From: Zymomonas mobilis subsp. mobilis ATCC 10988
Lineage (GTDB): Bacteria > Pseudomonadota > Alphaproteobacteria > Sphingomonadales > Sphingomonadaceae
Assembly (NCBI RefSeq): GCF_000175255.2
Contig: NC_017181.1
Coordinates: 1 to 31,692 of the forward strand
Reading direction: 5' to 3'
DNA length: 31,692 nt
The translations under genes were made by a program, and so were the position numbers. Shown piece by piece: positions 8,519 through 17,922 of the stretch (the stretch's first letter is position 1; each line of letters begins with the position of its first letter). The notes beneath the pieces are model-generated. The model searched no databases, was not told the DNA's origin, and worked only from the letters and a program-made list of their open reading frames with translations.

Positions 8519-8836
8519 ATGACAATTAAAACAGCCGAAAATATGCCTTCTGTGGTCGATGGCGAGATCAGCAGATTCAAGCAGAAGATCAGCAACGCCC
8601 TATATCTTTATATGGGGCAGATGGAATGCGGTCTTCGCCTGTTGATGGATCGCTTGGAAGGTATTCGCCGAGCGGAAGAAACCCGCTCTTATGCTTTACT
8701 GGAAAATGTCTCAAAAGATGAATTTATAAGATTTAATACTGAAATATTAAGTCTTATTGAGGTGATTAAGCGTTCAGCAACTACGGCCAATGATGGCTTG
8801 GCGGGCTTCATTGAAAATTTTGGCTCGTCCTTATGA
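8519..8836 (+). CDS. Hypothetical small protein in the rep module
   Basis: 105-aa ORF with balanced composition, co-oriented with the downstream genes; no family recognised. Confidence 0.6.
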   Translation: MTIKTAENMPSVVDGEISRFKQKISNALYLYMGQMECGLRLLMDRLEGIRRAEETRSYALLENVSKDEFIRFNTEILSLIEVIKRSATTANDGLAGFIENFGSSL

Positions 8837-8960
8837 CCCATTGTTTTTTCAGCCTTTCCTATTTGGAAAAGACCTGTTCTGTTTCCGTCAGTTCTAACCT
8901 TGGGTTTCTGGCCGATGCCTATTCGGCAATCCCTTATCTTCTCATTGGAGAGACTGTCTT

Positions 8961-9212
8961 ATGAGTTCTATTCATGCGACCGAAGAGCTGACTGAAAAGC
9001 TCCAATCCATTATCCGTCTTGAAGAAGAAAAGGCGCGTTTGGATGGCCAGATTGCCGAAGCCTATCGGGATCTGAAAGGCCAGAAATACGACATCAAGAA
9101 GGCCAAGCTTGCGGTCAGCCGTTCGCGAAAAGGGCATCCTGAAAATTCTATTCGTATTCTGATCAACCAGATCGTCAATGATCGGGCGATGAGCCGGAAG
9201 CTTGTCCCGTGA
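8961..9212 (+). CDS. GapR-like (DUF2312-like) small coiled-coil protein
   Basis: 'TEKLQSIIRLEEEKARLDGQIAEAYRDLKGQKYDIKKAKLAVSRSRK' resembles the GapR N-terminal pattern (IERLEEEKxxLxxDIKxVYxEAKGxGFDxKxLRKxxRLRK). Confidence 0.6.
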   Translation: MSSIHATEELTEKLQSIIRLEEEKARLDGQIAEAYRDLKGQKYDIKKAKLAVSRSRKGHPENSIRILINQIVNDRAMSRKLVP

Positions 9213-9261
9213 TCAGAACCGGCGCAGCCTCTTCCCTTTTATCTATTTCAAATTCAGGCCT

Positions 9262-9294
9262 GCCACAGCGGAGAATCTTCGCTGTGGCTTTTTT
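9262..9294 (+). terminator. Intrinsic terminator-like hairpin in the leader of the rep gene
   Basis: GCCACAGCG (9262-9270) - gagaatctt - CGCTGTGGC (9280-9288) followed by TTTTTT (9289-9294); 9-bp perfect stem. Confidence 0.8.
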
Positions 9295-9318
9295 GCGTCC
9301 AAGACTGGAGCCCGCACA

Positions 9319-11094
9319 ATGACCGCCTCTTTTTCCTCATCGTCTCATTTCGTGGCGTCATCTCCTATGTCTTCTTCACTTAATGCCGATCTGTCCTCTT
9401 CTGACTCTGCCTCTTCTGCAACCCTCTCCGCATCCTCTGTTCTTTCTCCAAAGCCCAATCTCGCGCCTGCCCCATTATCCGCTGAGTTGTCTTCTATGTC
9501 GCCTAACCTTGTATCGCCTTTGGAAGTTGCTGACTTATCCTTGCCGATCTCCGCTTCGTCTTCGCTATCCTTGGCTTCTCCATTACGTGCTACCATCTTA
9601 CCAGATTCTTCTACAGCTCCATTACCTTCATCTCCCTCCTCTATGTCTTTTGAAGGTAGCCCTTTTGTGGACAGGTTGGGGCGTTTCAAGCGCGGCACTT
9701 ATCGTTCAATGCTGATGCAGACGGGAATGTCCTACGACCATGCAAAAGACATGGCTGATCTCGCTGCTGAGGAATTTAAAAACGCCAAAAAAAGGGAGCC
9801 TGTCGGTGCGACATATGACCGCCAATCACCTCCCTTGGCCAATAGCGCTAATCCCGAAATTCCGGCCTCAAATACCAATCGTGAGGTTACCGCCCCCGCA
9901 TCAGAAGCATTCGACGAAATCGAATATTTTGACCAGATGGTTTCAAACGGCGTTGATCCTGAAACCGCTGCCGATATTGCCCGTAAAACAGCTATTGCAA
10001 GACGTAGAGATCCTCTCGAAAGAGCCACCCGCAATAAAACACGTCGTCGGACTCCTGATCCTGTCCACCGTGACTCTTATGAGGTGGGCGAGCGCGAGAA
10101 GTCGGTCTGGAAGCCGGTCAATCCGCAAGAGATCGGTGCCTATCTGGAAGCGGTCGATCAATATTCGATCAAAACCAAGGGCTTAAGCGATAAGGCCGTT
10201 CGCCTTTTAAAGATGCTGTTTCGGATGGTCGACTTTAAAACTGGCCGTCTGGAGCCAACCCTCGACACAATATGCGATCGTGTCGGCTATGCCCGTGCGA
10301 CGGTCGTTAAATTACTGCGGCAATTACAGGATTTAGGCTTCATCCGCTGGATACGCCGATCAATCAAGATCAAAGCGGATGGCAAAGGCCCCCGCCGCAA
10401 GCAGACCAGTAACGCCTACGGCTTCTTGTCTCCCAAGGCTTGGCCAGAGTTGGCCAGACAGGTTTTCGAGCGTGTGATGCGCCGGAGGAACGCACCTATT
10501 CCTGACGATATCGACCACGCCCAAGAGGCGGACAAAGCCGAAACCAAGGCTATCGTTGAAAGCTTGCCGCCCGAAGATTTCGTCAAAGCGATATCGGGCG
10601 ATAAAGAGCCAACAGAGTTAACAGATTCGTTAATACAGCTCGCCAAATCTATCGAGCGTGCTGAACAACGGGAACAGGAAGAGCAGGTTAAGAAGGCAGC
10701 ACAGGCTGACCAAGAAGGGGTTAAAACACCTTCCCAAACACCTAAGGAGGATACCTCAAAAAAACCCCTAATCTCGGACAATCAACGCGAGTTCAATTCT
10801 TATACTCTATCCTGTTATACTTATTTATCTAATAGCAACCATACAAAACTAAAAACCAAAGAAGAAAATAAGGACTGCACTGATCCTGCTACCACAGACA
10901 GTGCAGATACTATTTATGATCGAAAAACTGACAACGATCCTTTCCTCTTAACTCTTAAAGCTCGCGGTTATCGTCTCGATCAAATCACAGCTTGCCTAAA
11001 TCACAGAGATAAACGGAAAAAGAACAGATGGATGCCTCTGTCACCGGACGAAACCGCCCGCCTCCTTATACAAACAAGACAGATGAAACCCTGA
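9319..11094 (+). CDS. Probable plasmid replication initiator (RepA-like, winged-helix region)
   Basis: 'LSDKAVRLLKMLFRMVDFKTGRLEPTLDTICDRVGYARATVVKLLRQLQDLGFIRWIRRSIKI' (wHTH). Long Ser/Ala/Pro-rich N-terminus. ORF is open from 9202; ATG at 9319 or 9643 are plausible starts. Confidence 0.7.
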   Translation: MTASFSSSSHFVASSPMSSSLNADLSSSDSASSATLSASSVLSPKPNLAPAPLSAELSSMSPNLVSPLEVADLSLPISASSSLSLASPLRATILPDSSTAPLPSSPSSMSFEGSPFVDRLGRFKRGTYRSMLMQTGMSYDHAKDMADLAAEEFKNAKKREPVGATYDRQSPPLANSANPEIPASNTNREVTAPASEAFDEIEYFDQMVSNGVDPETAADIARKTAIARRRDPLERATRNKTRRRTPDPVHRDSYEVGEREKSVWKPVNPQEIGAYLEAVDQYSIKTKGLSDKAVRLLKMLFRMVDFKTGRLEPTLDTICDRVGYARATVVKLLRQLQDLGFIRWIRRSIKIKADGKGPRRKQTSNAYGFLSPKAWPELARQVFERVMRRRNAPIPDDIDHAQEADKAETKAIVESLPPEDFVKAISGDKEPTELTDSLIQLAKSIERAEQREQEEQVKKAAQADQEGVKTPSQTPKEDTSKKPLISDNQREFNSYTLSCYTYLSNSNHTKLKTKEENKDCTDPATTDSADTIYDRKTDNDPFLLTLKARGYRLDQITACLNHRDKRKKNRWMPLSPDETARLLIQTRQMKP

Positions 11095-11644
11095 TACCGA
11101 TAGCTATCCTTCTCAAAACATACCACCCGTTAATCTCTCGGCGCTGCTCGCTTCGCTCACAAGCTTGGCGAATAAAAATCCGCCTTTCGGTAGGGCTATC
11201 TAATTCCTAAAAATCCGTATTGTTTCAAAAGAGTTTCTCTAATTATAGTAAGCGGTACCTTGTCTTTCATTTCATAAAATTTTTTCAGAGAAATATCGGA
11301 AAACTAGGGATGCAAGATTGTCATCACTCTTTTTTTTCCGTCAAAGTTTTCCGTTTACTTCTATTTGGCAATTTCGACCAGAATCATTCAATATCAATCA
11401 CTGGCCGAAAATCACCTGTATATTGAGCATCTTCGAATTTCCAACTGGAATGTTGGGATTAGGTAAACGCATCTAGGGGGTAAGCAGAAAGTCGGCTGTT
11501 GGGCAGCATGACCACCCAACCGGACATCCTTGTGAACTACTTTTCTAACGGCTTTACGTAACTGTTCAGTTATTCGGGGCAACTTACGTTGCTCCTAAAA
11601 CCGATATTTGTCATTTCGACAACCAAATAGGCTAATATCAATGA

Positions 11645-14164
11645 TTATTCAGATCGTCCCTTTTTGTAGGACTGAATCGTTTCAATCTCTTTGTTCAGGG
11701 TCTCTCGATCCAAATTAGAAAAGAACTTTACATCCTGATAAATATTTCTTGCACTATCAAAATCGCCTATATTGAGGTAATAATTTGCTTCCAATTGAAG
11801 AAACGGCCTATAGTTTGCTCGTAAATCGAATGTAGATCGGTCCATGACGATTCTGCGAGCAATATTTATTTGCTCGATTGCCCGGGAAAAGTTTCTATCC
11901 TTAAGAAGTATCTTTGCATAGAGTTCTAAAGGCGCAAAAAGAGAAGGAGTTTTCTTGAGAGCCTCCAGCACCAGCCTAAGCGCTTCTCGGTTATCTCCAT
12001 AAAAATATTCTATTTCAGCTAATCTCGTTGCATGGAAAGAGCGTCCTTCCTCCTCATCTAACTGTTGGAGAGAATCGAGAAGCTCCAGAACCTCAGGATC
12101 CCGCTTGCAAAGCTTCTTTTTGTTCCTGATTAGGCAAGAAATAAAAATATCGATAATGAAAGGGTTAGCCTTAGCAGCTTCATACGCCTCGCGTGCGTAA
12201 GATTCTGCTTCCTCCGGAAGGTCAAGACTTAAGCACACAGATGCAAGTTCGCGCGACGTAGCACGATTGGTCTGCGATAGTTTATACGCGGAAATCAGTG
12301 TTTCGCGTGCTTCTGTCAGTTTGCCTTGAAGGCGAAGGTTGAAGCCGTTTAGGAAATGTACGATAGCTTCAGACGCATCGTCATCTGCTAAATTTTTCAG
12401 TTGTGTGATACCGAAATTGAACGTTGATTGATCATTGATGCGAGCGGCAGCTAAGCCTAGGTAACGGCAAGCGGCGATAGCACCGGATCTTGATAGGCGA
12501 CCGTGTCCCTCAATTGCTTCTCGCGCCATTCGTATGGCGTCTTTCCATCGTCGTGCATCGTAGTGTTTTTTAGCAAGCCAAACACGATGCGAAGGCAGTA
12601 TAAAAGCTTCCATAAGCTTCGACGTGGGCTCATCCCTTTCAAGAGTCATCAAGATCGCCGATTCGAGAAGCGTGATAGGTGCTTCGCCATCCTCGATGCG
12701 TAATTCCAAAGATCTTGAAAGGGAACGCATTATTCGAGTCCTTTCCTGACTTTTGAGCTCAGTTCTTGGATCGCGTTCAGACGCAATTCTTAAAGCGGGT
12801 GAAATCGAAATCCTCTCATCTTCAACACGAACGATATTCAGATCGAGCATTTTTTGAACTGATCCACTGATCTCAGAAGAGTCTACTTCGGAGAGAACGT
12901 CAGATAAGGATGTGAAATCAAGCTCTGGAGCAATGGAAAATACAGATAATATTTTTAGATCAAGGCTATTTAAATTAGCTGATCTTAGGTACTCTGAAGT
13001 CTGCTTATGTTTCCATTCGATGAAATCTCGAGGATTACTGAGGAATAGATCAACGGATGTCTCCGACACCAGATCGACCATACGATATATATTGAATGGA
13101 TGCTGATCTGCGATATCGACCAGTTTCTCTAGTTGCCCCGACTTTACCCTCACATCACACTCTTTGAGTAATCCCGTGATCAAACGCTCAGTATCCTCTC
13201 TAGTAAGAGCGGATACGCTTAGGTATGCCAAGTCATCAGCGGCTCTGCGTAGCCGCTTTGGGATCATTCTAGGTGATATAAACACTACAGGAGGATGTGG
13301 CCTATCTACAACTCTATCCAAAATGCTTTCAATCTCGGGTTGAAAAGAACCATCCTCACGAAGGACGCCGCCGCCATCAAATACGTATAAAGTTTCTCGA
13401 TCATGGACAATTTCATTGATCTTATCAGCGATTATCTGCGACTTTCGTTTATTGTCTGCATTTTGAAAGCCTTCGATAAGGTCTTTAAGATCCGGAATTG
13501 ATATACTTGGGTTTAGCGATGATATAATAGCCCTGTAAATATCATCATACCCGTCAAAATTATCAAGTTCAACAGTTGGTGGTATTGCGCCAATCTCTGG
13601 ATATTGGTTCTGGAAAAACTTTTTGGCTACCGTCCTACGACCCGAACCAGAATTTCCTGAGACATACAATGCCTTAATTCGAGGTTTATCTAGGTTGTTT
13701 GCTTGCTTTTCAAGAATCTTTAGCTCTGTTTCACGACCAACAAACGGATGAGATTTTATTCTTTTAGAGTGATTCGAAGATATAAGTTTACCTTCAATCA
13801 ACCTAGCGGTACTTTCGGGGCTGCTTGAGCGACGCACCATATTATAGTGTTTTATGAAGTCTTTAGCACTATTAAAAACGTCTTCGTCCAAACAAATCGT
13901 CAGGACACGACTTATTTTCCCACTCGCAATCAGTTCTCTACTGAAGGCAATTTCAAAATTTACGTATCCAGAATTCAGTGCATCTTTCGATAGGAATAGG
14001 CAGAATAGGTCGCAGCGATTTAGCGCCTTTAAGATTTCGTCGGAGTTCAATCCTCCTTCGTCAAAGGTCTGTGAATCAAATTCGTAATTCCCAGGACGCA
14101 AATTATCTTTAACTGCTTGTACATAGCCTTTATCTTTTGACGAGTGAGATAGAAATGCACGCAT
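11645..14164 (-). CDS. TIR domain + STAND/NB-ARC-like NTPase + TPR-like repeats, candidate immune protein
   Basis: N-terminal TIR 'MRAFLSHSSKDKGYVQAVKDNL...FDEGGLNSDEILKALNRCDLFCLFLSKDALNSGYVNFEIAFSREL'; 'FVGRETELKILEKQ...ALYVSGNSGSGRRTVAKKFF' (NTPase entry with atypical Walker A); 'ETLYVFDGGG' (Walker B-like); C-terminal helical repeats ('HATRLAEIEYFYGDNREALRLVLEALKKTPSLFAPLELYAKILLKDRNFSRAIEQINIAR'). ORF is open to 14230. Confidence 0.85.
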   Translation of the reverse strand: MRAFLSHSSKDKGYVQAVKDNLRPGNYEFDSQTFDEGGLNSDEILKALNRCDLFCLFLSKDALNSGYVNFEIAFSRELIASGKISRVLTICLDEDVFNSAKDFIKHYNMVRRSSSPESTARLIEGKLISSNHSKRIKSHPFVGRETELKILEKQANNLDKPRIKALYVSGNSGSGRRTVAKKFFQNQYPEIGAIPPTVELDNFDGYDDIYRAIISSLNPSISIPDLKDLIEGFQNADNKRKSQIIADKINEIVHDRETLYVFDGGGVLREDGSFQPEIESILDRVVDRPHPPVVFISPRMIPKRLRRAADDLAYLSVSALTREDTERLITGLLKECDVRVKSGQLEKLVDIADQHPFNIYRMVDLVSETSVDLFLSNPRDFIEWKHKQTSEYLRSANLNSLDLKILSVFSIAPELDFTSLSDVLSEVDSSEISGSVQKMLDLNIVRVEDERISISPALRIASERDPRTELKSQERTRIMRSLSRSLELRIEDGEAPITLLESAILMTLERDEPTSKLMEAFILPSHRVWLAKKHYDARRWKDAIRMAREAIEGHGRLSRSGAIAACRYLGLAAARINDQSTFNFGITQLKNLADDDASEAIVHFLNGFNLRLQGKLTEARETLISAYKLSQTNRATSRELASVCLSLDLPEEAESYAREAYEAAKANPFIIDIFISCLIRNKKKLCKRDPEVLELLDSLQQLDEEEGRSFHATRLAEIEYFYGDNREALRLVLEALKKTPSLFAPLELYAKILLKDRNFSRAIEQINIARRIVMDRSTFDLRANYRPFLQLEANYYLNIGDFDSARNIYQDVKFFSNLDRETLNKEIETIQSYKKGRSE

Positions 14165-15204
14165 GTGAACCTCGAAATTAATTTGAGCTATTATTAAAAA
14201 ACAATCTATATAATCCAAGTCGAATCGCAAGCTGCTTACTGAATCCTGGCGTTAGACTGTGAGTTATTTCTCCCTCACACCCCTCGAAGTTGTAATTGTC
14301 TATCGGTGCTGAACTTCTGACAAACAATGTTCGCGATGTGGAAAGCTACTTGGGCGACTGCTGCCTATCTTATTCCACATTCCTGAACAGGCAGGTGGAT
14401 CTGGGGTGGAAAGTAATCTGTTTTCTTTAGGCAAATACCACTTGAAAGCGGAGGTCTCCGCTAATGCAGGAGCGGTTCAATATTCCTTTGTCAACAGAAA
14501 CTGGTCAATCTGCAGAAACGGGAAGAATGGCTGAGTAGGCAGTTTGAGGTCCAAAACCAGGGTCGTCAGAGGTGGATTTATGAATGGAAGGAAAGACACC
14601 GACCTGTGAAAGAACAGGCTCATCGCGACATGTCCCTGTTTTGATTTCTGTCCGACAGCAAGCCGTTTTCTGCCGAGCATATAGAATTTAAGAAACTGGC
14701 ATCACAAATGTATCTTAAGGACAACTTGTTAGGGGTAATCCAGAAGCTTAGAAAGAACGAAAGACATAGTCAATTTGGAATGCCATGAGTTTACCAATAA
14801 GGCTGTTCTTAAAAGAATCCGTAGATAGAAGACCACCGATGCTGGACCAGTGATACTGCTAGACTGCGCGTGGAGTTTCTTGATCAGCATCTGACGTCTG
14901 GACAGATACAACTTGATGTTAAAAAGCCAATGAATTTTTCATGGAAAAGTTAAAATTTGTCTTAAAGGATCGCAAGAAAAAACCATTTTTCCAATCTATG
15001 CCGTTGACATATCCAGAGATCGAATGATTGAAAATCTAATATCCAATCCCGGGTTATTCGATCCCTCGAACTAATACAACACCATTAACCCCGGGATTAA
15101 AGATGTAAGAATTCTTGAACAATATACTATAAGAAAAATGTGGGAAATATTACCTATTTTCTATATTTTTCATTACCTTTTTATTATTTTATAATATACT
15201 TTAC

Positions 15205-17922
15205 TTAATTACCACCTATATTCAAGCTCTGATCAAACACTACAGCAATCCCTGGCATCGAACGATTGGCTGTCAGGCCAACGTCAAATATTTGTCGCAG
15301 TTCATAACGAAGCTTAAATTGACGACCCGATTTTTCTAAGAGATCAAATAAAATATTGTATGATCCATACTTCAAAAGCTTTTGAAAATTTTCGTCTATC
15401 ACCGTATTAAACACTAAATCCAAATCGGTTTCATTTTCAGGCTCGCTTATAGCCTCCTCTCGACTATGAGATGCCATGATGCAAGTCCCTGCAGACATCT
15501 CATCAAAGTAAAATCGCAAATCAAGGTCATTAATGGTTGCCCAACGATATTCAGCTCTCCGAGATCCACCATGGAGTATAGGGAGAAAAATATCATCACG
15601 CTGGAATAGTATTGCCTTGAGAGTTGATAAATCAATCGTTGATCCGTCAAAGTATCCTATAGGCAGCGTAAGGGGGTCACCCCCAGCCCAGTACACAGCT
15701 CGAGCAAGTTCCACCTTTTCTATAACTGAAAGTGCTCCGTTTATTCCGACTTGAGCCTGATTTGTAGCCCATTGAGCTAAAGACTTTGGCGATATGGAAA
15801 GTTGAGCTGCTCCTCGAGTCGCTATAGCCGCTTCACCTTCTATAATACCAATATAAGAGGGGACTTGGCTATTGCTGGAGTGCCCAGCTAATAATTTTGT
15901 CCTTACTGGATAGGTTAGACCTCCGACGCGGGCAAAAGACATCATCTCCGATCGTAAATGTCGTGAGTTCAACTGTATTGCTGCACGGCCAACTAAGCGA
16001 CCATCATCATTTTCAATAGGTGTAACAGCTTCTGAATATAGGGTCACATAGTCTGTCTCCGAATGATTTTGATCATTCGTCAAATCTTTTATGAATTCCT
16101 CAGAAGAACGCGAACTCCAATTAGCAGCGTGAGTAAAAGAACGACTGGCAACTTTGTCTACAAATTCAATTTCAACTGCACTAGATGCAGTAAGCCAGCG
16201 GAGATAACTGAATACGTCTGAATGGAATATCCCCGATAAAAAATTTGTCACTTTAGGATGTTTTAAAGTATTATTCTGGGGCAGAAAACCATTAATAGCA
16301 ACTTGATCTGTTACAGCAATCGAAATTCGGGTTGTATATATATCGCTCTGCTCAGATTCTGCCGCTTTTCTCAATATCGGCCGTCTTGTTAGACCGACAA
16401 ATTCTAGCGCCAATCCATTCCCAATGCCGTCCTTGTACCGTCGGGTAACTACTGTAACCTCGTCTCCAAGTAGAAATACCGAGAAAAATCCAATCCCGAA
16501 TTTTCCCGAAATATTTACAGATGCCACACTTATCTCTGGGTTCTCTTGAGCAACATCTTCCGACTTCCAGCCAGACCTGCCAAAATCCAAAAGCCGTCGA
16601 GTAAGTACGCGCTCTGACATACCGATTCCATTGTCTTCAACAATAAGTCTGAGTTGTCCCGTTTCACTTCGCTCCAGCGTGCACCGAATACGCGGAATAA
16701 AACCCTCCCGACCGATACTAGCTCTTAACAAAGTTGCATCTATAGCATTTTGAAGCAACTCCCGGAGCGGCGCATGATAACCATTACCATACAAATTTCG
16801 ACCGCCAAGTGTTTGCGCAAGACTAATAGGATCAGTAACTCGCACTTCGGCATCCACTGGCTCCCAACCGTCGCAATGAACATATTTCGCAAACAGTTTT
16901 GGTCTTTGTGTACCTTCTACTTTCTTTGCAAAAAATTCTTCTGTATCAGATTCTTTAAGTAAAGATGCTGCAGATTGCAGCTCATCTGAAATCATCCGGC
17001 AAGTATCGAAGCAGAGCCACCAAGCGTCGGCTTCAGATCTGCCAAAATCTCTTCCAGAATTGTATATAAGAGCTTGATCACCTCGAGACGGGATACCCAG
17101 TCTATTCTGAAACCCCCAGTGTAACGCTGAAACTCCTTTTGGAGAAGAGAGAATATAGTCCATAAGTGGAGCTCGACGATTATCAATATGTGCAGCATCG
17201 GCACAACGCAACAGTATAGCAATCTTAAGTTCGTTTAATTCCCATTCTGCAGGCAGACTTGGTGGTGGTGCGCGACGTGTCAAGAACTCATGGGCAAGGC
17301 GGTCTACATCCCAATGGTGGCTCTGCGCTATCCGCCCAATTATTTGACCATAATAATCGCGAAGCTCGGTATCTTCAATAATATAGATTACACTCGCAAT
17401 ATTAGGTCTACTCCATTCACGTTCAACCATCTTTACGGCCTGTTTTGCATGCAGCCCTCGGACCGTGGAAAATAAGGCTATGCGCTCGAATTGCCTTCTT
17501 TGATCTTTTGAAAGAGAATTTTTGTCTATTCGTGGCAAGGCTGTCATTTGCGCCATAGCACGTTGCCATTCTGCTGTCTTTTTTAGCCCGTCTAGACCAT
17601 CTTCATACGCAACCACAGCAAGGGCACTGTCATGGAATAAAACGCTGCATCCGAATATGAAGGCTTCTAACGGGTTCAAAGGATAATTATCACCCGCTAT
17701 GATATCCGCAAGTTGCCATAACGCGTCTAAATGACTTTCGTCATGAATTGTGAGGCCTTGACAATCAATATGAGCCTGCCGAACTATCGGCTTGATTCGG
17801 TCATGCGCCGTCTCAAAAGTACTCCTTAACGTCGCTAAAGCACTTTCTTCTCGGGGATTGCCCCCCGTCATACCAATCGTTCGTTTCCACAAGGTCGTTT
17901 CGTCGTATCTAATCGCCATCAA
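15205..17922 (-). CDS. HD-domain + GHKL (Hsp90-like) ATPase fusion protein
   Basis: 905 aa. HD-like N-terminus 'LTIHDESHLDALWQLADII...FGCSVLFHDSALA'; GHKL motifs 'LRELLQNAIDATLL' (N box), 'LIVEDNGIGMSERVL' (G1), 'ISGKFGIGFFSVFLLGDEVTVVTRR' (G2). Confidence 0.87.
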   Translation of the reverse strand: MMAIRYDETTLWKRTIGMTGGNPREESALATLRSTFETAHDRIKPIVRQAHIDCQGLTIHDESHLDALWQLADIIAGDNYPLNPLEAFIFGCSVLFHDSALAVVAYEDGLDGLKKTAEWQRAMAQMTALPRIDKNSLSKDQRRQFERIALFSTVRGLHAKQAVKMVEREWSRPNIASVIYIIEDTELRDYYGQIIGRIAQSHHWDVDRLAHEFLTRRAPPPSLPAEWELNELKIAILLRCADAAHIDNRRAPLMDYILSSPKGVSALHWGFQNRLGIPSRGDQALIYNSGRDFGRSEADAWWLCFDTCRMISDELQSAASLLKESDTEEFFAKKVEGTQRPKLFAKYVHCDGWEPVDAEVRVTDPISLAQTLGGRNLYGNGYHAPLRELLQNAIDATLLRASIGREGFIPRIRCTLERSETGQLRLIVEDNGIGMSERVLTRRLLDFGRSGWKSEDVAQENPEISVASVNISGKFGIGFFSVFLLGDEVTVVTRRYKDGIGNGLALEFVGLTRRPILRKAAESEQSDIYTTRISIAVTDQVAINGFLPQNNTLKHPKVTNFLSGIFHSDVFSYLRWLTASSAVEIEFVDKVASRSFTHAANWSSRSSEEFIKDLTNDQNHSETDYVTLYSEAVTPIENDDGRLVGRAAIQLNSRHLRSEMMSFARVGGLTYPVRTKLLAGHSSNSQVPSYIGIIEGEAAIATRGAAQLSISPKSLAQWATNQAQVGINGALSVIEKVELARAVYWAGGDPLTLPIGYFDGSTIDLSTLKAILFQRDDIFLPILHGGSRRAEYRWATINDLDLRFYFDEMSAGTCIMASHSREEAISEPENETDLDLVFNTVIDENFQKLLKYGSYNILFDLLEKSGRQFKLRYELRQIFDVGLTANRSMPGIAVVFDQSLNIGGN

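Noticed and set aside
9345-9698. 117-aa minus-strand ORF with Glu/Asp-rich sequence opposite rep
   Set aside because: Shadow of the Ser-rich low-complexity coding strand; no independent support.
10416-10781. 121-aa minus-strand ORF inside rep
   Set aside because: Antisense to a well-supported CDS; composition looks like a shadow ORF.
14477-14680. 67-aa minus-strand ORF between the two candidate immune genes
   Set aside because: No family resemblance; hydrophobic/Phe-Pro pattern looks like antisense of a degraded region.
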